DNA from: Macrostomum lignano
Lineage: Eukaryota
Length of the DNA stretch: 64,000 bases
Reading direction: 5' to 3'
NCBI GenBank assembly: GCA_002269645.1
Contig: NIVC01000713.1
Span: 186,001-250,000, forward strand
The translations under genes and the position numbers were made by a program. The notes under the pieces were generated by a model that was not told the DNA's origin, did no database searches, and saw nothing but the letters and a program-made list of their open reading frames with translations. Shown one piece after another: positions 62,418 through 64,000 of the stretch; positions within the stretch are counted from its first letter, which is position 1, and each line of letters opens with the position of its first letter.

Positions 62418-64000
62418 GGAGAAGTTCGAAACCAGCTTATGCGGTTTTTCCAATCCAACAACGTATCGGCACTGCAACAAAAATTGACGATTGGCAACTG
62501 CGACTTACCAGATATACACGGGAGGACGATTCTGTGGCAGTGCGTCCAGGACAACCAGAGCAATGAATCCCTACTGCGCCTTCTGATGAGCAAAGCTGAC
62601 CCAACTTGTGCCGACGTAGCTGGCAGCAGCTGCTTGCATGCGGCGGTGCGTACAACGAAGAAGTCATAAAAGCGCTCATTGACGCAGGAGTAAACGTGAA
62701 CGAGCGAACTGAAGACGGCGTTACCGCTTTAATGCGCGTGGCAACCAGCTCAGAACTCTCGGACAGCGAGTCAGTAACAATTGCTGATCTGCTTCTGGAT
62801 GCAGGTGCGGACTGGACGATTGAGAGCAATAGCAGCTCTACGGCCCTGAAATTCGCTGTTGAGCACGGAAAGAACAGTCTTGTCAAGCTTCTTTCGCAGT
62901 GAGAATTATTTTTGCGAATCAAAAATTATTCATTAAAGCTTCGTTGCTTGATTACAGCAAGTTTTAAAGTACTAAAGTAAAACTAGATCATTTGAAGTCG
63001 GCCAACATCTAAACATACGTTTTGGAGGGTACCATTAGCAAAATTTTTAATAGGTTAACTTAGGACTAGGCTGTACAATTTATGACTTTAAAGCACTTTA
63101 AATGATCTGAATTGTTAATTAAAATCTTAGGACTTTTTGAAGATATTAAGTATTATTTTTGTTTTCGATAATCGATGCACTTTATTCTTACTCTTAACTT
63201 TGTGCATTATTTTCCTCCATTTTAGATATGAAGGGAGATCGTATTTCGAAGTGGCTGGGTAAGGCTCGAAACTAGCTAGCTACTGTAGTTGCTTACTTTT
63301 TCTATAGCTACTTTATTGTTTTCTTGAATCGTACGAGCGTACGGCACGGAAAACCCATGAAGGTCATTTACCGATTTAAAACTTATTAGGCTGAGAAATA
63401 CTGTGACTGTACCGGCAACCAAACGTTGTCACAGACAGTCCCATAGACCATCCTTGCCACAGACATTCCCGTAGACCATCCGTTCACAGACAGTCCATAG
63501 ACATTCCGTGACCATCACAGACATTCCCGTAGACCATCCGTTCCCGTAGACCATCACAGACATTCCCGTAGACCATCCGTGTCACAGACATTCCCATAAA
63601 AAATCCTGGCCACAGGCAGTCACCTGCATAAAAACAAATATCAAACAGTACTATAGACTATAATTGCTACAGAGAACTAGTGCAGAAACCACTTTTTAAC
63701 AAAGTCTGAATAATTCACACTCTGAATGTTGCTTTTGAATTACAACATTCGAGAAAGAAACCCAACTGGAAGAACCAATGATTCACGATCAGCGCAAACG
63801 TTGTTATTCATATAGTCAAACCGTTACTAAAGTAAAATTTCCGGCATTTATTATATTAAACAAACATGCTTCTACAACACAATATTTTAGAGCAAGTCAA
63901 GCAAGACACTCTTTAACAAGCATCGTTACTGCCTCAGCTCCAGCCAAAGCCCTTGAGTACTCAATGGTGCAACTCCAGAAGACGCAGCCTCCTAAAAGAC
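62418..64000 (+). CDS. Further ankyrin-repeat exon (62418-62898, one frameshift at ~62645) plus exons 63226-63258 and 63891->64000; 3'-partial
   Basis: GRTILWQCV, GSSCLHAAV, VIKALIDAGVNVNERTEDGVTALMRVA and LLLDAGAD...TALKFAVEHGKNSLVKLLS. Donors at 62899 and 63259 and acceptors at 63225 and 63890 give an open phase-2 chain (SQ|YEGRSYFEVAG|ASQARH...). Confidence 0.72.
63425..63600. repeat. Degenerate ~20-27 bp repeat (CAGACATTCCCGTAGACCATCC)
   Basis: Several tandem copies are visible. Confidence 0.8.

Overview
This is eukaryotic, intron-rich, repeat-rich animal DNA. GC-rich exons sit among AT-rich introns packed with minisatellites. The style suggests a free-living flatworm such as Macrostomum, but that is inference only. 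Host genes, all on the + strand, are: a DEG/ENaC channel (5'-partial, 1-6257), phenylalanyl-tRNA synthetase alpha (FARSA, 16823-26914, 5 exons, 499 aa), an intronless CISD3/MiNT-like 2Fe-2S protein (31710-32228), a divergent class A GPCR (37973-40155), a stum/SPEC3-family membrane protein (41387-44779), and SH3 and ankyrin-repeat coding exons (59923 to past the window end) that may form one gene. The most striking structure is at 10.1-14.4 kb. A THAP/P-element transposon (11776-14362, 112-bp TIRs, exact 8-bp TSD ATGACAAC) sits inside the 5' end of a Crypton-like tyrosine recombinase gene. Removing it restores the recombinase N-terminus in frame, and the transposon's TIR supplies a replacement in-frame ATG. 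A 152-bp piece of the recombinase CDS is also duplicated in inverted orientation just downstream of its stop. Other nested elements are three DNA elements stacked in FARSA intron 1 and a very young Ty3/Gypsy element (50935-55523) inserted in the 3' LTR of an older one. SINEs, a LINE RT fragment and about 20 tandem arrays fill the rest. Several single-base frameshifts fall in homopolymer runs and may be long-read assembly errors. All alignments and counts were done by eye; no database searches were run.
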